Shown one piece after another: positions 38,459 through 50,129 of a stretch of DNA of 64,000 bases (position 1 is the first letter of the stretch; the number at the start of each line of letters is the position of its first letter). The stretch comes from an uncultured Coriobacteriales bacterium (GTDB lineage: Bacteria; Actinomycetota; Coriobacteriia; Coriobacteriales; QAMH01), in contig CAKUES010000003.1 of assembly GCA_934646835.1 (NCBI GenBank), positions 16,500-80,499 on the forward strand, read 5' to 3'. The position numbers and the translations under genes were made by a program. The notes under the pieces were generated by a model. The model was not told the DNA's origin. It made no database searches and saw only the letters and a program-made list of their open reading frames with translations.

Positions 38459-39184
38459 TCATTGCGAGAGAATTCGATGCACTGTTGATCTTGAGACTCC
38501 GGTCAATCTCGCTATCTGGGCTTTGGTGAAGCCGTTGTCAGACAGCTTTCTCACGGAAGCGTCTCTAGAGGCCATGTCCAGACCTTTTACTGTGGTTGGG
38601 CTATCGAGGCCCAGAATGCGCTTTGCTTCTTCCACTGCGTCGTTGTCAGTTGTCCGGAGTCCTTGGTACAGGGTTTTCTTGCTAAAACCGGTGCAGTCTT
38701 GCTTATCAGACAAGTCAATCATCAGAGAATCATCCAGCAGGAAGCGCTTACCGCAGTATTCCTGGTAGCTGCTCCAACGATAACTTGCAGGATGCTCGAC
38801 GATTTGAGCCCTGACCGGATTATTGTGGATGTAGTGAATGGCTGCGGCGAGGTATGATTCGCTCGCGATGGGAAAGCTGCTAAAGGTTCCTTGGAACAAG
38901 TGTCCGGTCCTAGAGTGTCTTCTATTTATGTCCTTGGCGTATCTCTCTTTGACCTGCTTCATTGCTGGCGTTATGTCTTCAAGTGGTGCCATCACTAGAA
39001 GATGGAAATGGTTGTCCATTAGGCACCAAGCGGCAACTTTGATGTCGTGTGCAACGCAAGCCTCTTTGAGCAAGCGCAGAAAATGGCGCCTGTCGTCATC
39101 ATCTTCGAAGATTATCTGACCGCCAACTCCGCGGCTGGTCACGTGATAGAGATTGCAGAGACTGATTTTGCGCGGTCTTGCCAT
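38459..39184 (-). CDS. IS200-fold HUH/Y1 transposase-like protein (REP-associated tyrosine transposase candidate) with C-terminal HTH
   Basis: 241 aa. YHVTSRG..., HUH motif DNHFHLLV, GHLFQGTFSS, catalytic-Tyr helix AIHYIHNNPVRA, and C-terminal AQIARLTGVSRSTVHRIL. Confidence 0.8.
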   Translation of the reverse strand: MARPRKISLCNLYHVTSRGVGGQIIFEDDDDRRHFLRLLKEACVAHDIKVAAWCLMDNHFHLLVMAPLEDITPAMKQVKERYAKDINRRHSRTGHLFQGTFSSFPIASESYLAAAIHYIHNNPVRAQIVEHPASYRWSSYQEYCGKRFLLDDSLMIDLSDKQDCTGFSKKTLYQGLRTTDNDAVEEAKRILGLDSPTTVKGLDMASRDASVRKLSDNGFTKAQIARLTGVSRSTVHRILSQ

Positions 39185-39277
39185 TTGGCTCCTCTCGAAG
39201 TGCGTGGCTCAACACCCTGCCTTACGTAGGAGCCAAACACAAGGAGAGCCTTTCAATCAGCATCGTAAAAACATAAG

Positions 39278-39392
39278 ATGACACACTTTGGACACACTTT
39301 GTGCCAGTGACATTGTGTGTCACGCAGAGCGTTTGCGTTAACCTGCGGCTCCCTCCCGTGACACACAATGTCACTGGCACAAAGTGTGTCAT
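39278..39392. repeat. family-1 repeat, long form with an 11-nt partial duplication (GACACACTTTG x2)
   Basis: Begins 94 nt upstream of the RAYT start. Spacer is centred on GTTAAC. Confidence 0.9.
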
Positions 39393-39422
39393 CCATCGAA
39401 GCACTCCCGCCTTCGCGCGTCT

Positions 39423-39965
39423 CTAATCCAGCAGGCGCTCGTAGTCCTCTTTCACGAAGCGGTGGTAGATGACGTGACCCATCTCCTCCTTGAAGCAGTA
39501 ATAATGGGAGTCGATGGACGGGTCGGCAAAGTGCATGCCGTAGTCGAACTCGGCGCCGGCGGGCATGTTCTCGAGGACGTAGTCGTCGGAGTACCTGGCA
39601 AACAGGCCGATGATCTTCTCTTTGGCGGGATGGTGCTCGGTCAAGAAGAGGTCGATGAGGTCGACCAGAAAAGCCGGTGCGGGGACTTCCTCGTGCACGT
39701 ATTTGGAGCCTTGCGGCGGGATGCGGACCTCGATGCGGTCCTCGTGGGTACCGAAAGTGACGTTGCCCAAGGGCGAGTCATCCAAGACATGCGCCTTGGT
39801 CAGCTCCTTACACAGCGTGGTCGCATCAGGGGCGTCGGTCCCGATCAGGGAGTTGAGCGAGGAGACCTTGTAGTAAAAACGCGTCGACTCGTACGCGTAG
39901 CCGAGCTTGATCTGCAGCTCGACGATCTGGTCGATGATGTCCTTCTCAAGCCTTGCGACGTCCAT
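39423..39965 (-). CDS. hypothetical protein (DUF3877-like, from memory)
   Basis: ORF 39423..40007 trimmed to ATG 39965 (GAGAAAGGG SD). KLGYAYESTRFYYKVSSLN and YYCFKEEMGHVIYHRF resemble a Firmicute DUF family I recall. Confidence 0.5.
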   Translation of the reverse strand: MDVARLEKDIIDQIVELQIKLGYAYESTRFYYKVSSLNSLIGTDAPDATTLCKELTKAHVLDDSPLGNVTFGTHEDRIEVRIPPQGSKYVHEEVPAPAFLVDLIDLFLTEHHPAKEKIIGLFARYSDDYVLENMPAGAEFDYGMHFADPSIDSHYYCFKEEMGHVIYHRFVKEDYERLLD

Positions 39966-40111
39966 CGCAAACCCTTTCTCTCGCATGCCCGTAGACGCCG
40001 GCGCCAACCTGCATCTTTAAACGTGCAACCAACCATTTGTTCAATCATCCCTATAATACCCATACAGACAAGCACCACTAGCATCTGTTAACCAGACGAA
40101 AAGAGGGCTTC

Positions 40112-41035
40112 ATGGGTTTTCTTGACGCTGCCAAATCGGCAATCGACGCCGGAGTGGGCATGGCGGGCAACGCCGTCGGCTCCGTTGCGAGCGCGGCAAA
40201 CGACTTTGGGGTCGAGCGCATGGAGTTTATGCGCGGCCTGGCAAACCTCTGCACCGAGGGTTGGAAGATGGGCTGGCACGAGGCCAACGGCGGCAATGTG
40301 TCCTACCGCCTCAAAACCGATGACGTAGAGGCCTGCCGCGCGGCCTTCAAGACAGACGCCGCCTGGGTGGAGCTTGGCATTACCTGCCCGCAGATGGCAG
40401 GTGAGTTCTTTGCTGTCACCGGCACCGGCAAGCACCTGCGCCTTGTCGAGAGCGCTCTCGCCAAGAGCATCGGCATCGTCGAGGTCAGCCCGCTAGGCGA
40501 CAGCTATCGCATCGTCTGGGGGCTTTCCGACGGCACTGCACCCACGAGCGAGCTGCCGAGCCACATCCTCATCCATGCCGTGCGCGCGGAGGCAACGGAC
40601 TATCACTCCCGCATCCTCTACCACGCGCACCCATCCAATGTCGTGGCCCTCACCATGGTACTGTCCGGCTGCGCCCGCACCATCACGCGCGCGCTGTGGG
40701 GCGCGATGACGGAGTGCATCATGCTCGTCCCGCAGGGCCTGGGCTTCGTCGAGTGGAAGATGCCGGGAAGTGCCGATATCGCGCAGGCAACCGCTGAATG
40801 CATGAGAGAGTACCCTGCCGTCGTCTGGGCCCACCACGGGCTGTTCACCTCAGGATCGAGCTTCCAAGACGTCTTTGGGATGGCACACACCATCGACAAG
40901 GCCGCGGGCATCTACCTGAGCGCGCGTGCGGCCAACGGCGGCAGCGACGACTTCGCCTCCACCATCAGCAATGAGAACCTCCTGCAGATATGCGACGAAC
41001 TGTCGCTTGACTGCAAGAGAGAGTGGCTCGAGTAA
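40112..41035 (+). CDS. rhaD: class II aldolase, rhamnulose-1-phosphate aldolase-like
   Basis: 307 aa. GWHEANGGNVSYRL, VTGTGK, TSELPSHILIH, HAHPSNVVALT; collinear with E. coli RhaD as recalled. Confidence 0.7.
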   Translation: MGFLDAAKSAIDAGVGMAGNAVGSVASAANDFGVERMEFMRGLANLCTEGWKMGWHEANGGNVSYRLKTDDVEACRAAFKTDAAWVELGITCPQMAGEFFAVTGTGKHLRLVESALAKSIGIVEVSPLGDSYRIVWGLSDGTAPTSELPSHILIHAVRAEATDYHSRILYHAHPSNVVALTMVLSGCARTITRALWGAMTECIMLVPQGLGFVEWKMPGSADIAQATAECMREYPAVVWAHHGLFTSGSSFQDVFGMAHTIDKAAGIYLSARAANGGSDDFASTISNENLLQICDELSLDCKREWLE

Positions 41036-41074
41036 GGCTCGGGCGATCAAATCCACAGCAAGGAGAACCACCAG

Positions 41075-42571
41075 ATGACCAAGCGCTACATCATCGCCCT
41101 CGACCAGGGCACGACATCCTCGCGCACCGTGCTCGTCAACCGCGAGGGCGCGATCTGCGGGATGGCACAGCGAGAATTCCCGCAGCTCTACCCCAAGCCC
41201 GGCTGGGTCGACCACGACCCCAAGGACATCGTCGGCTCGCAGCTTGGCACTTTCACGGAGCTCATGACGCAAATGAGCCTGTCGCCGGACGATATTGAGT
41301 GCATCGGCATCACCAACCAGCGCGAGACCACCGTCATCTGGGATCGCGAGACCGGCGAGCCCATCGCCAACGCCATCGTCTGGCAGTGCCGCAGGACTGC
41401 AGACGTCATCAGCGAGATCTGCGGTGACGACCAGGAGGTCTTCGAGCAGATCACCAAGAGGACTGGGCTGAGGCCGGACCCGTACTTCTCTGCGAGCAAG
41501 GCCAAGTGGCTGCTCGACAACGTCGAGGGCGCGCGCGAGAAGGCCGAAGCCGGCAAGCTCGCCTTTGGCACGGTGGACACCTGGCTCATCTGGAACCTCA
41601 CCAACGGTCGCGTCCATGCGACCGACCCCACCAACGCAAGCCGCACCATGCTCTTCAACATCCACGCCGGCGATTGGGACGACTACCTGCTCGACTTGTT
41701 CGACATCCCTCGTTCGATGATGCCGGAAGTCCGCCCCTCGTCGTCGGATTTTGGCTTCACCGCCAACCCCAACCTCCCGCAAGGCATCCCCATCTGCGGC
41801 GTCGCGGGCGACCAGCAGGCGGCGCTCTTTGGGCAGTGCTGCTTCGAGGCGGGCCAGGCCAAGAACACCTACGGCACTGGCTGCTTCTTCTTGATGAACA
41901 CCGGCACCGATGCCCCCGTGAGCGAGAACAACCTCGTCACGACGATTGCGGCAAGCGCGCCCGGCGAGCCGACCAAGTACGCGCTGGAGGGCAGCGTGTT
42001 TGTCGCCGGCGCACTCATCCAATGGCTGCGCGACGAGCTTGAGCTCGTCAAGAACGCCAGCGACAGCGAGCAGCTCGCGCTGAGCGTTCCCGACAGCGCC
42101 GGCGTCTACATCGTCCCTGCCTTCACGGGCTTGGGCGCACCCTATTGGGACAGCGACGCTCGCGGCAGCATCTTTGGCCTCACGCGCGGCACCACGAAGG
42201 CTCACATCGTCCGCGCCGCACTCGAGGCGCTGGCCTATCAGATGCACGACCTCGCCATTGCCATGGAGGCGGATGCAAAAAGGCCCATCGCCGCCCTCAA
42301 CGTCGACGGTGGCGCAGCGCGGAACAACTTCCTGATGCAGTTCCAAAGCGACATGCTCGGCTGTGAGGTGAGGCGCCCGACGAACACGGAGACCACCGCG
42401 ATGGGTGCGGCCTTCCTCGCGGGTCTGTCCACCGGCTTCTGGAAAAACACGAGCGAGCTTACCGCCCTTCGCGGTAACGACGATGTCTTCGAGCCCAAGA
42501 TGGGCGAGGCGCAGGTTGCCGAGCACCTAGCCGGTTGGAAAGATGCCGTCTCGAGGACGCTGACGAGGTAG
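41075..42571 (+). CDS. glpK: glycerol kinase
   Basis: 498 aa. YIIALDQGTTSSR, GWVDHDP, ITNQRETT, GDQQAALFGQ. Confidence 0.95.
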   Translation: MTKRYIIALDQGTTSSRTVLVNREGAICGMAQREFPQLYPKPGWVDHDPKDIVGSQLGTFTELMTQMSLSPDDIECIGITNQRETTVIWDRETGEPIANAIVWQCRRTADVISEICGDDQEVFEQITKRTGLRPDPYFSASKAKWLLDNVEGAREKAEAGKLAFGTVDTWLIWNLTNGRVHATDPTNASRTMLFNIHAGDWDDYLLDLFDIPRSMMPEVRPSSSDFGFTANPNLPQGIPICGVAGDQQAALFGQCCFEAGQAKNTYGTGCFFLMNTGTDAPVSENNLVTTIAASAPGEPTKYALEGSVFVAGALIQWLRDELELVKNASDSEQLALSVPDSAGVYIVPAFTGLGAPYWDSDARGSIFGLTRGTTKAHIVRAALEALAYQMHDLAIAMEADAKRPIAALNVDGGAARNNFLMQFQSDMLGCEVRRPTNTETTAMGAAFLAGLSTGFWKNTSELTALRGNDDVFEPKMGEAQVAEHLAGWKDAVSRTLTR

Positions 42572-42584
42572 AGGACGAGTGGGC

Positions 42585-42688
42585 GTGACACACTTTGTGC
42601 CAGTGACATTGTGTGTCACGCCGGAGAGCCGTAGGTTAACGCGAGCGCGCTGCGTGATACACAATGTCACTGGCACAAAGTGTGTCAC
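42585..42688. repeat. family-1 repeat, long form
   Basis: Lies between convergent glpK and queH. Spacer is centred on GTTAAC. Confidence 0.9.
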
Positions 42689-42709
42689 GACTGAGTTAGT
42701 CGCCCCCTT

Positions 42710-43351
42710 CTACAGCTGCGAGAGCTGGTTGGCGACGCCTTCGCAGGCGGCTTGGAGGAGGGCTCGCTGCTTGATGCGCTTTTCCTCGGCGCGCTTGGCA
42801 GCATGCTCGCGGCGCTCTTTCTCGGCTTCGGCGATGGAGAAGCGGCAGCCGCAGTAGTTTTGGCGATACATCCCCAGCTCGCGGCTGCGGCGGGTCGCCT
42901 CCTGGTAGTGCTCGCTCCAATCGCGCGCGTCGGTGGCAACGCCCTCGCAGGCTGCTGCGCGCTCAAGCTCCTCGATAATCGCCTGCGTGTACTGGTAGGG
43001 GCTGATGGTGAGCGTGGAGCCGATGGCGTCAAAACCCTGCTCCTTGGCGACGCGCGCCAGGCGCTCGAAGCGCATGCGGTAGCAGGCGCGGCAGCGTGTC
43101 TCGCGGTTGGCGCCGTGGATGCCGGCACGCCGCTCCCACTCATCCGGGTCGTAGGGGCCTTCGAAGAGCTGCAGCTCGTTGGGCTCGACCACGTATGCGC
43201 GGATCGTCTCGAGTCGGCGGTCGTATTCCTCGTCCGGGTGGATATTGGGGTTGTCGTAGTAGATCGCGAAATCTGCGCCCTCTTCCTGGTAGATTCGCAC
43301 CGGCTCGAGCGAGCAGGGCCCGCAGCAGGCGTGCAACATCGTTCTCAACAT
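42710..43351 (-). CDS. queH: epoxyqueuosine reductase QueH (DUF208)
   Basis: 213 aa. N-terminal LHACCGPCS and C-terminal YRQNYCGC Cys motifs. Confidence 0.85.
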   Translation of the reverse strand: MLRTMLHACCGPCSLEPVRIYQEEGADFAIYYDNPNIHPDEEYDRRLETIRAYVVEPNELQLFEGPYDPDEWERRAGIHGANRETRCRACYRMRFERLARVAKEQGFDAIGSTLTISPYQYTQAIIEELERAAACEGVATDARDWSEHYQEATRRSRELGMYRQNYCGCRFSIAEAEKERREHAAKRAEEKRIKQRALLQAACEGVANQLSQL

Positions 43352-43412
43352 GACCTCCCGTTAAATCGTTGCGCTCTTTGCTAGTATAGATACGTTTGAC
43401 TAAGGAGCATAT

Positions 43413-45633
<2,221 letters not shown>

Positions 45634-45763
45634 TATTTGCCGATAGGGCCGCTCGGCGCTCGTAAGAGGGTGCGGGCGGCTCAAAGTGTCTCGGCTGTAA
45701 CTCGGGGATGCTTCGGTGGTCACTGGTACACATTGACCACCCGTTGCAAGACTCGGTGGCCCT

Positions 45764-45883
45764 CCTAGGGAAACGTTGATTAAAGCAAGTGCCCGCTGCG
45801 TACGATTGCCAAAACCGCTGGTCACGTAGGGGAGGGACCCTGTCCCTCCCCATAAACCTTGCTCTAATCAGCGTTTCCCTAGG
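45764..45883. repeat. family-2 MITE-like element (best-preserved copy)
   Basis: Terminal inverted repeats CCTAGGGAAACGTTGATTAAAGCA / TGCTCTAATCAGCGTTTCCCTAGG (22/24 complementary). Core is GGGGAGGGAC-CCT-GTCCCTCCCC. Confidence 0.9.
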
Positions 45884-46104
45884 TTTGTTGTGTTGAGCGC
45901 AGGCCGAAGGCCGAAGCCGAAGCATCTATTCGTAGCCCAACGTTTTACGGGCCTTCGCTCGGAATCAATGCCCTTTGTGTCCCGTTCGGTTCGCAGATGC
46001 TGTCACGCGGTTTTCACTTCCCTGACACGGGCTGGTAACGAGTGACGTTGTCGCCCGTGTTAGAGTGGCAGCAGATAGATCCGCCCATCTCGAAAGGACT
46101 TCTC

Positions 46105-47682
46105 ATGCGCATCGCTTTAGCCCAGATGAACCCCACCGTCGGCGACCTCGACGGCAACGCCGCGAAGATCCTCGAGGCGGCGCAGTTTGCCTCAGAAGAC
46201 GACGTCGACCTCGTTGTTTTTCCCGCACATGCCCTCACCGGCTGGCCGCTTGACGGACTGGCCTACTCCGATGCCTTCCTCGCCGATGTCCGCAAGACGC
46301 TTGAGGGCATCGCAGAGAAGGCCGAAGCCCACCTGCTGCTTTCCGCCCTGCGCGCCTACGAGCTGTTCGATGACTTCGCAGAGCCGCTCGAGGAGCTCAT
46401 CGTTGTTGACAATCATGCCCTCAACTCGCTGGGCTTTCCGCAGGTTGCCGCCGAGGACGAGAGCTTTGGTGTGGACTTTGGCTGCGACGGCATCAGCATT
46501 TGCTTTGACGACCACTTCGGCGAGGTTGTGGCGGAGGAGGGCGACACCGTCTTGCTCGAGATGTGTGCCGACACCTTCGACAGCCCTTATGCCCTGCCGG
46601 CTACCAAGGGCGAGCTCGACCGCATCATCGACCTCGCCAAACAGTCTGGTCGCTTTGTCGCCTACATCAATCTGACCGGCGCCAGCGACGCCACCGTCTT
46701 TGCCGGCGGCAGCTGCATCGTCACGCCGGAAGGCGAGCTCATCGCCGCCTGCTCCTCTGACAAGCAAGAGATCGTCACCTTCGACACCAAGCCGCTCGAG
46801 GCACCGGAGACCATCGATGCCGAGTCCGCCCAGGAGGACGACAGCAAGCTCATGTGGGACGCGCTCGTCATGGCGACGCGCGACTATATGAACAAGAACG
46901 GCTTCAGCGACGCGCTCGTTGGCCTCTCCGGCGGTATCGACTCCGCCGTTGTCGCGGCCGTCGCCGCCGATGCAATCCGCGCCGAGCACGTCCACGCTGT
47001 CCTCATGCCAAGCAAGTACTCCAGCGACGGCTCTGTGCAAGACGCCCTCGAGCTCGCGCACAACTTTGGCATCGAGACCCTCAAGCTGCCGATTAACGAG
47101 CCCGTTGAGAGCTTCCACCAGGTGCTTGGGTCCGCTTGCGGTGGCGAGGTCTCGGGCCTTGCGGCAGAAAACCTCCAGGCGCGCGTCCGTACCGTCTACC
47201 TCATGACGCTTTCTAATGCGCGTGGCTGGATGCTTCTCAATACCGGCAACAAGTCCGAAGCGGCCATGGGATTCTCCACCCTCTACGGCGACACAGCCGG
47301 CGCATATGCCCCTATCGGCGACCTCTACAAAACCCAGGTCTACGAGCTTGCCCGTTGGCGTGCGGCGCAAAGCCCCTCCATCCCCGAGGCCTGCATCACC
47401 AAGGCGCCGAGCGCAGAGCTCTACGAGGGCGCGAAGGACTCCGATAGGCTCCCCGAATACGAGCTGCTCGACACCATCCTCGCCGCTCATGTCGAAGGCG
47501 AGATGGGTGCGGCGGAGCTCATCGAGCAGGGCTTTGATCCCAAGCTCGTCAAGGATGTGCTTAGGTCCGTGCAGCGCAGCGAGTACAAGCGTCGCATGGA
47601 GCCGGTGGCTGCGCACCTGGGCGGCATCGCCCTCAACGACCAGCGCTCCTGGCCCGTTACCAACGGCTGGATCGACGATTAA
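46105..47682 (+). CDS. nadE: glutamine-dependent NAD+ synthetase
   Basis: ORF trimmed to ATG 46105 (GAAAGGA SD). N-terminal CN-hydrolase domain plus a C-terminal SGGIDS PP-loop. Confidence 0.9.
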   Translation: MRIALAQMNPTVGDLDGNAAKILEAAQFASEDDVDLVVFPAHALTGWPLDGLAYSDAFLADVRKTLEGIAEKAEAHLLLSALRAYELFDDFAEPLEELIVVDNHALNSLGFPQVAAEDESFGVDFGCDGISICFDDHFGEVVAEEGDTVLLEMCADTFDSPYALPATKGELDRIIDLAKQSGRFVAYINLTGASDATVFAGGSCIVTPEGELIAACSSDKQEIVTFDTKPLEAPETIDAESAQEDDSKLMWDALVMATRDYMNKNGFSDALVGLSGGIDSAVVAAVAADAIRAEHVHAVLMPSKYSSDGSVQDALELAHNFGIETLKLPINEPVESFHQVLGSACGGEVSGLAAENLQARVRTVYLMTLSNARGWMLLNTGNKSEAAMGFSTLYGDTAGAYAPIGDLYKTQVYELARWRAAQSPSIPEACITKAPSAELYEGAKDSDRLPEYELLDTILAAHVEGEMGAAELIEQGFDPKLVKDVLRSVQRSEYKRRMEPVAAHLGGIALNDQRSWPVTNGWIDD

Positions 47683-47832
47683 GCCGCCTGTCGCTCGCTT
47701 GCGCTTGCGTTAGTCGGCCGCCATACGCCGTCGTCGTCCGTTGAGCTTAAATCTCCGCAGCGATTGAGTGCCCTGCGGTACAATGTTGAATACGTTTGAA
47801 ATGGCTTTTGCCACACTGCGAAAGGAATCGAA

Positions 47833-48771
47833 ATGCCCCAGATCACGCGTGAGGATGTTCGCGTCCCGGCTGACGTTATGCCTGAGTTCCGCGAGACCTA
47901 CATCGACAACATGATGGCCGCCACGCAAGGCACCGGTCGTCTGATGCTCTTTGCATGCGACCAGAAGATGGAGCACCTCAACAAGGACTTCTACGGTGAG
48001 GGCATCGATATCGCCGATGCAGACCCCGAGCACCTCTTCAAGATCGGTGACCAGGGCGTTTGCGGCGTCCTCGCAGGCCAGCGCGGTCTCATCGCTCACT
48101 ATGCCCCGGACTATCCGGAGATCAACTACCTGGTTAAGATGAACTCCAAGACCAACCTGGTCAAGACCAAGCAGCAAGATCCCTTCTCCCCGCAGCTGTG
48201 CGACCTCGAGGCCGTTCTCGCTATGCGCGAGGCTGGCGTCAACATCGTCGGCCTGGGCTACACCATCTACCTGGGCAGCGAGTTCGAGTCCCAGATGCTG
48301 GCAGAGGCCGGCGAGCTCATCGCTGAGGCTCACGCTGAGGGCCTGATTGTGGTCCTGTGGATCTATCCCCGCGGCAAGGCTGTCGAGGCAGAGAAGGACG
48401 CAGAGCTCATCGCCGGTGCCGCCGGTGCCGCACTGTGCCTGGGCGCGGACTTCGTCAAGGTCAACCCGCCTGCTCCCACCGATGACCAGACCTCTGCAGA
48501 GCTCCTCAAGGTCGCTTCCATGGCTTCCGGCCGCTGCGGCCTGGTTTGCGCCGGTGGCTCCACCGTCGACGCTCGCACCTTCCTGTCCCAGCTCTACGAC
48601 CAGATCCACGTCGGTGGCGCCTGCGGCAACGCTACGGGCCGCAACATCCACCAGCGCAGCCTGGACGAGGCTGTCCGCCTGACCAAGGCCATCTCTGCCA
48701 TCACCTTCGCCGACTACGATGTCGACGAGGCCATGGATGTCTTCGAGGGCAAGGAGAACTTCTCCATCTAA
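47833..48771 (+). CDS. class I (DhnA/FbaB-type) aldolase family protein
   Basis: 312 aa. Blocks collinear with E. coli FbaB (YTIYLGSE..., VVLWIYPRG, Schiff-base region GADFVKV). Confidence 0.8.
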   Translation: MPQITREDVRVPADVMPEFRETYIDNMMAATQGTGRLMLFACDQKMEHLNKDFYGEGIDIADADPEHLFKIGDQGVCGVLAGQRGLIAHYAPDYPEINYLVKMNSKTNLVKTKQQDPFSPQLCDLEAVLAMREAGVNIVGLGYTIYLGSEFESQMLAEAGELIAEAHAEGLIVVLWIYPRGKAVEAEKDAELIAGAAGAALCLGADFVKVNPPAPTDDQTSAELLKVASMASGRCGLVCAGGSTVDARTFLSQLYDQIHVGGACGNATGRNIHQRSLDEAVRLTKAISAITFADYDVDEAMDVFEGKENFSI

Positions 48772-48885
48772 GCTGTCCTCAGTTGGCTTTATTTGCCGAT
48801 TAACAGCGGTCTCGAGCTCGCGCTCGGGGCCGCTGTATTTGTTTCTGCGCGTCTAAAATGGGACGCGAATCTCGCTTGGTCTTCC

Positions 48886-48990
48886 ATGACACACTTTGTG
48901 CCAGTGACATTGTGTGTCATGCCATAGAGCCGCAGGATATCCCCGAGCCTTCTGCATGACACACAATGTCACTGGCACAAAGTGTGTCAT
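48886..48990. repeat. family-1 repeat, long form (identical to 26054..26158)
   Basis: Direct comparison of the two 105-nt strings shows no mismatch. Confidence 0.9.
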
Positions 48991-49097
48991 GGGCCGCAGT
49001 TACAAATTTGAATTCTCTTGAAATCGGGTATTCACAAAACAAGGATGTTTGGGTAACATATCTGCTTGTCCGCTTGATGCGGACGTTTGTTTGAGCT

Positions 49098-49174
<77 letters not shown>

Positions 49175-49199
49175 GCTCAAAACCTTCTCATTAGCATAT

Positions 49200-49276
<77 letters not shown>

Positions 49277-49286
49277 GCTAAAACTC

Positions 49287-49313
49287 AAAGCCGCTTCAAG
49301 CGGCTTTTTTGTT
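49287..49313 (+). terminator. rho-independent terminator after the tRNA pair
   Basis: AAAGCCGC-TTCAA-GCGGCTTT followed by a T-run. Confidence 0.8.
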
Positions 49314-49350
49314 ATGTGCAGATGTTTGGAGTGCTTTGAATCCGTATCAG

Positions 49351-50088
49351 ATGACAGACAAGGACCTTGCTGCAGGCAAGTGGCGTGGCACGCCCTGCTT
49401 TCTTGCCGAGTCCGAGCTCCTCCTGCGTGCCGCATACGATGCCGGCCTCGAGGTCATGGAGATGCTGAGCACGGAGGCTTTCCCGTTTCCTGATTTGCCC
49501 TGCGCAAAGCGCTGCGTGGTGTCTGCTGATGAGTTCGAGCTCCTCACGGGTTATCCGCAGACGCGTAGCGTCGTCGGTGTGGTGGCTCGCCCTGCGCAGC
49601 CCCCTCTCGGCCAGCTGCTGGAGCGCTCGCGACGCATCATCATCGTCGAAGACTCAACCAACGGCGCCAACCTCGCGATTATTTTCCGCATCGCAGAGAG
49701 CTTTGGCATTGACGCTGTCTTGATCACGCATTCCTGCGCGGACCCACTCTTTCGCCGCTGTGCGCGCATGTCCAAAGGTGCCGTCGTGCGCGTGCCCTGG
49801 GCGCGCATCGGCTCTGCGCGCGATTGGTCGGCTGAATGTGTGCCCGTTTTGTGCGATGCAGGCTTCAAGCTCGCGGCCCTTGCCTTGAGCGATGACTCGA
49901 TCTCCCTAGCTCAGCTGCCTGCATGCGACAAACTCGCGTTGGTGATGGGCACGGAGGGGGAGGGTCTGATGGAGAGCACGGTGCGCGCGTGCGATATGAC
50001 CGTCAAGATCCCCATGCGCGAGGGCGTTGACAGCCTCAATGTGGCGGCTGCAACTGCCGTTGCCTGTTGGCAGGCGACAAGGTCCTAG
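49351..50088 (+). CDS. TrmH/SpoU-family RNA 2'-O-methyltransferase
   Basis: ORF trimmed to ATG 49351. SpoU motifs [41 protein letters not shown]. Confidence 0.85.
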   Translation: MTDKDLAAGKWRGTPCFLAESELLLRAAYDAGLEVMEMLSTEAFPFPDLPCAKRCVVSADEFELLTGYPQTRSVVGVVARPAQPPLGQLLERSRRIIIVEDSTNGANLAIIFRIAESFGIDAVLITHSCADPLFRRCARMSKGAVVRVPWARIGSARDWSAECVPVLCDAGFKLAALALSDDSISLAQLPACDKLALVMGTEGEGLMESTVRACDMTVKIPMREGVDSLNVAAATAVACWQATRS

Positions 50089-50129
50089 AGCGTGGTCCTT
50101 GGTGTTAAGATAGCAAGCTACGTAAACGC

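Larger units (their letters stand above)
38346..39392. mobile_element. REPtron-like unit: RAYT-type Y1 transposase gene bracketed by two family-1 repeats
   Basis: Repeat 38346-38449, CDS 38459-39184 (minus), repeat 39278-39392. No tnpB and no second ORF. Confidence 0.7.

Noticed and set aside
38346-39392. An ordinary IS200/IS605 insertion sequence.
   Set aside because: There is no tnpB. The protein is longer than IS200 TnpA and carries an extra C-terminal HTH. The flanking structures are the same element that is scattered as gene-less copies across the window. A domesticated RAYT is the better fit, although only a genome-wide copy count can settle it.
46025-46070. A hairpin ACACGGGC...GCCCGTGT, and GCCGAAG x3 at 45911-45935, upstream of nadE as a possible NAD+ riboswitch.
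   Set aside because: I recognise no similarity to the NAD+-I (nadA) or NAD+-II (pnuC) motifs. A single stem is too weak to report as a feature.
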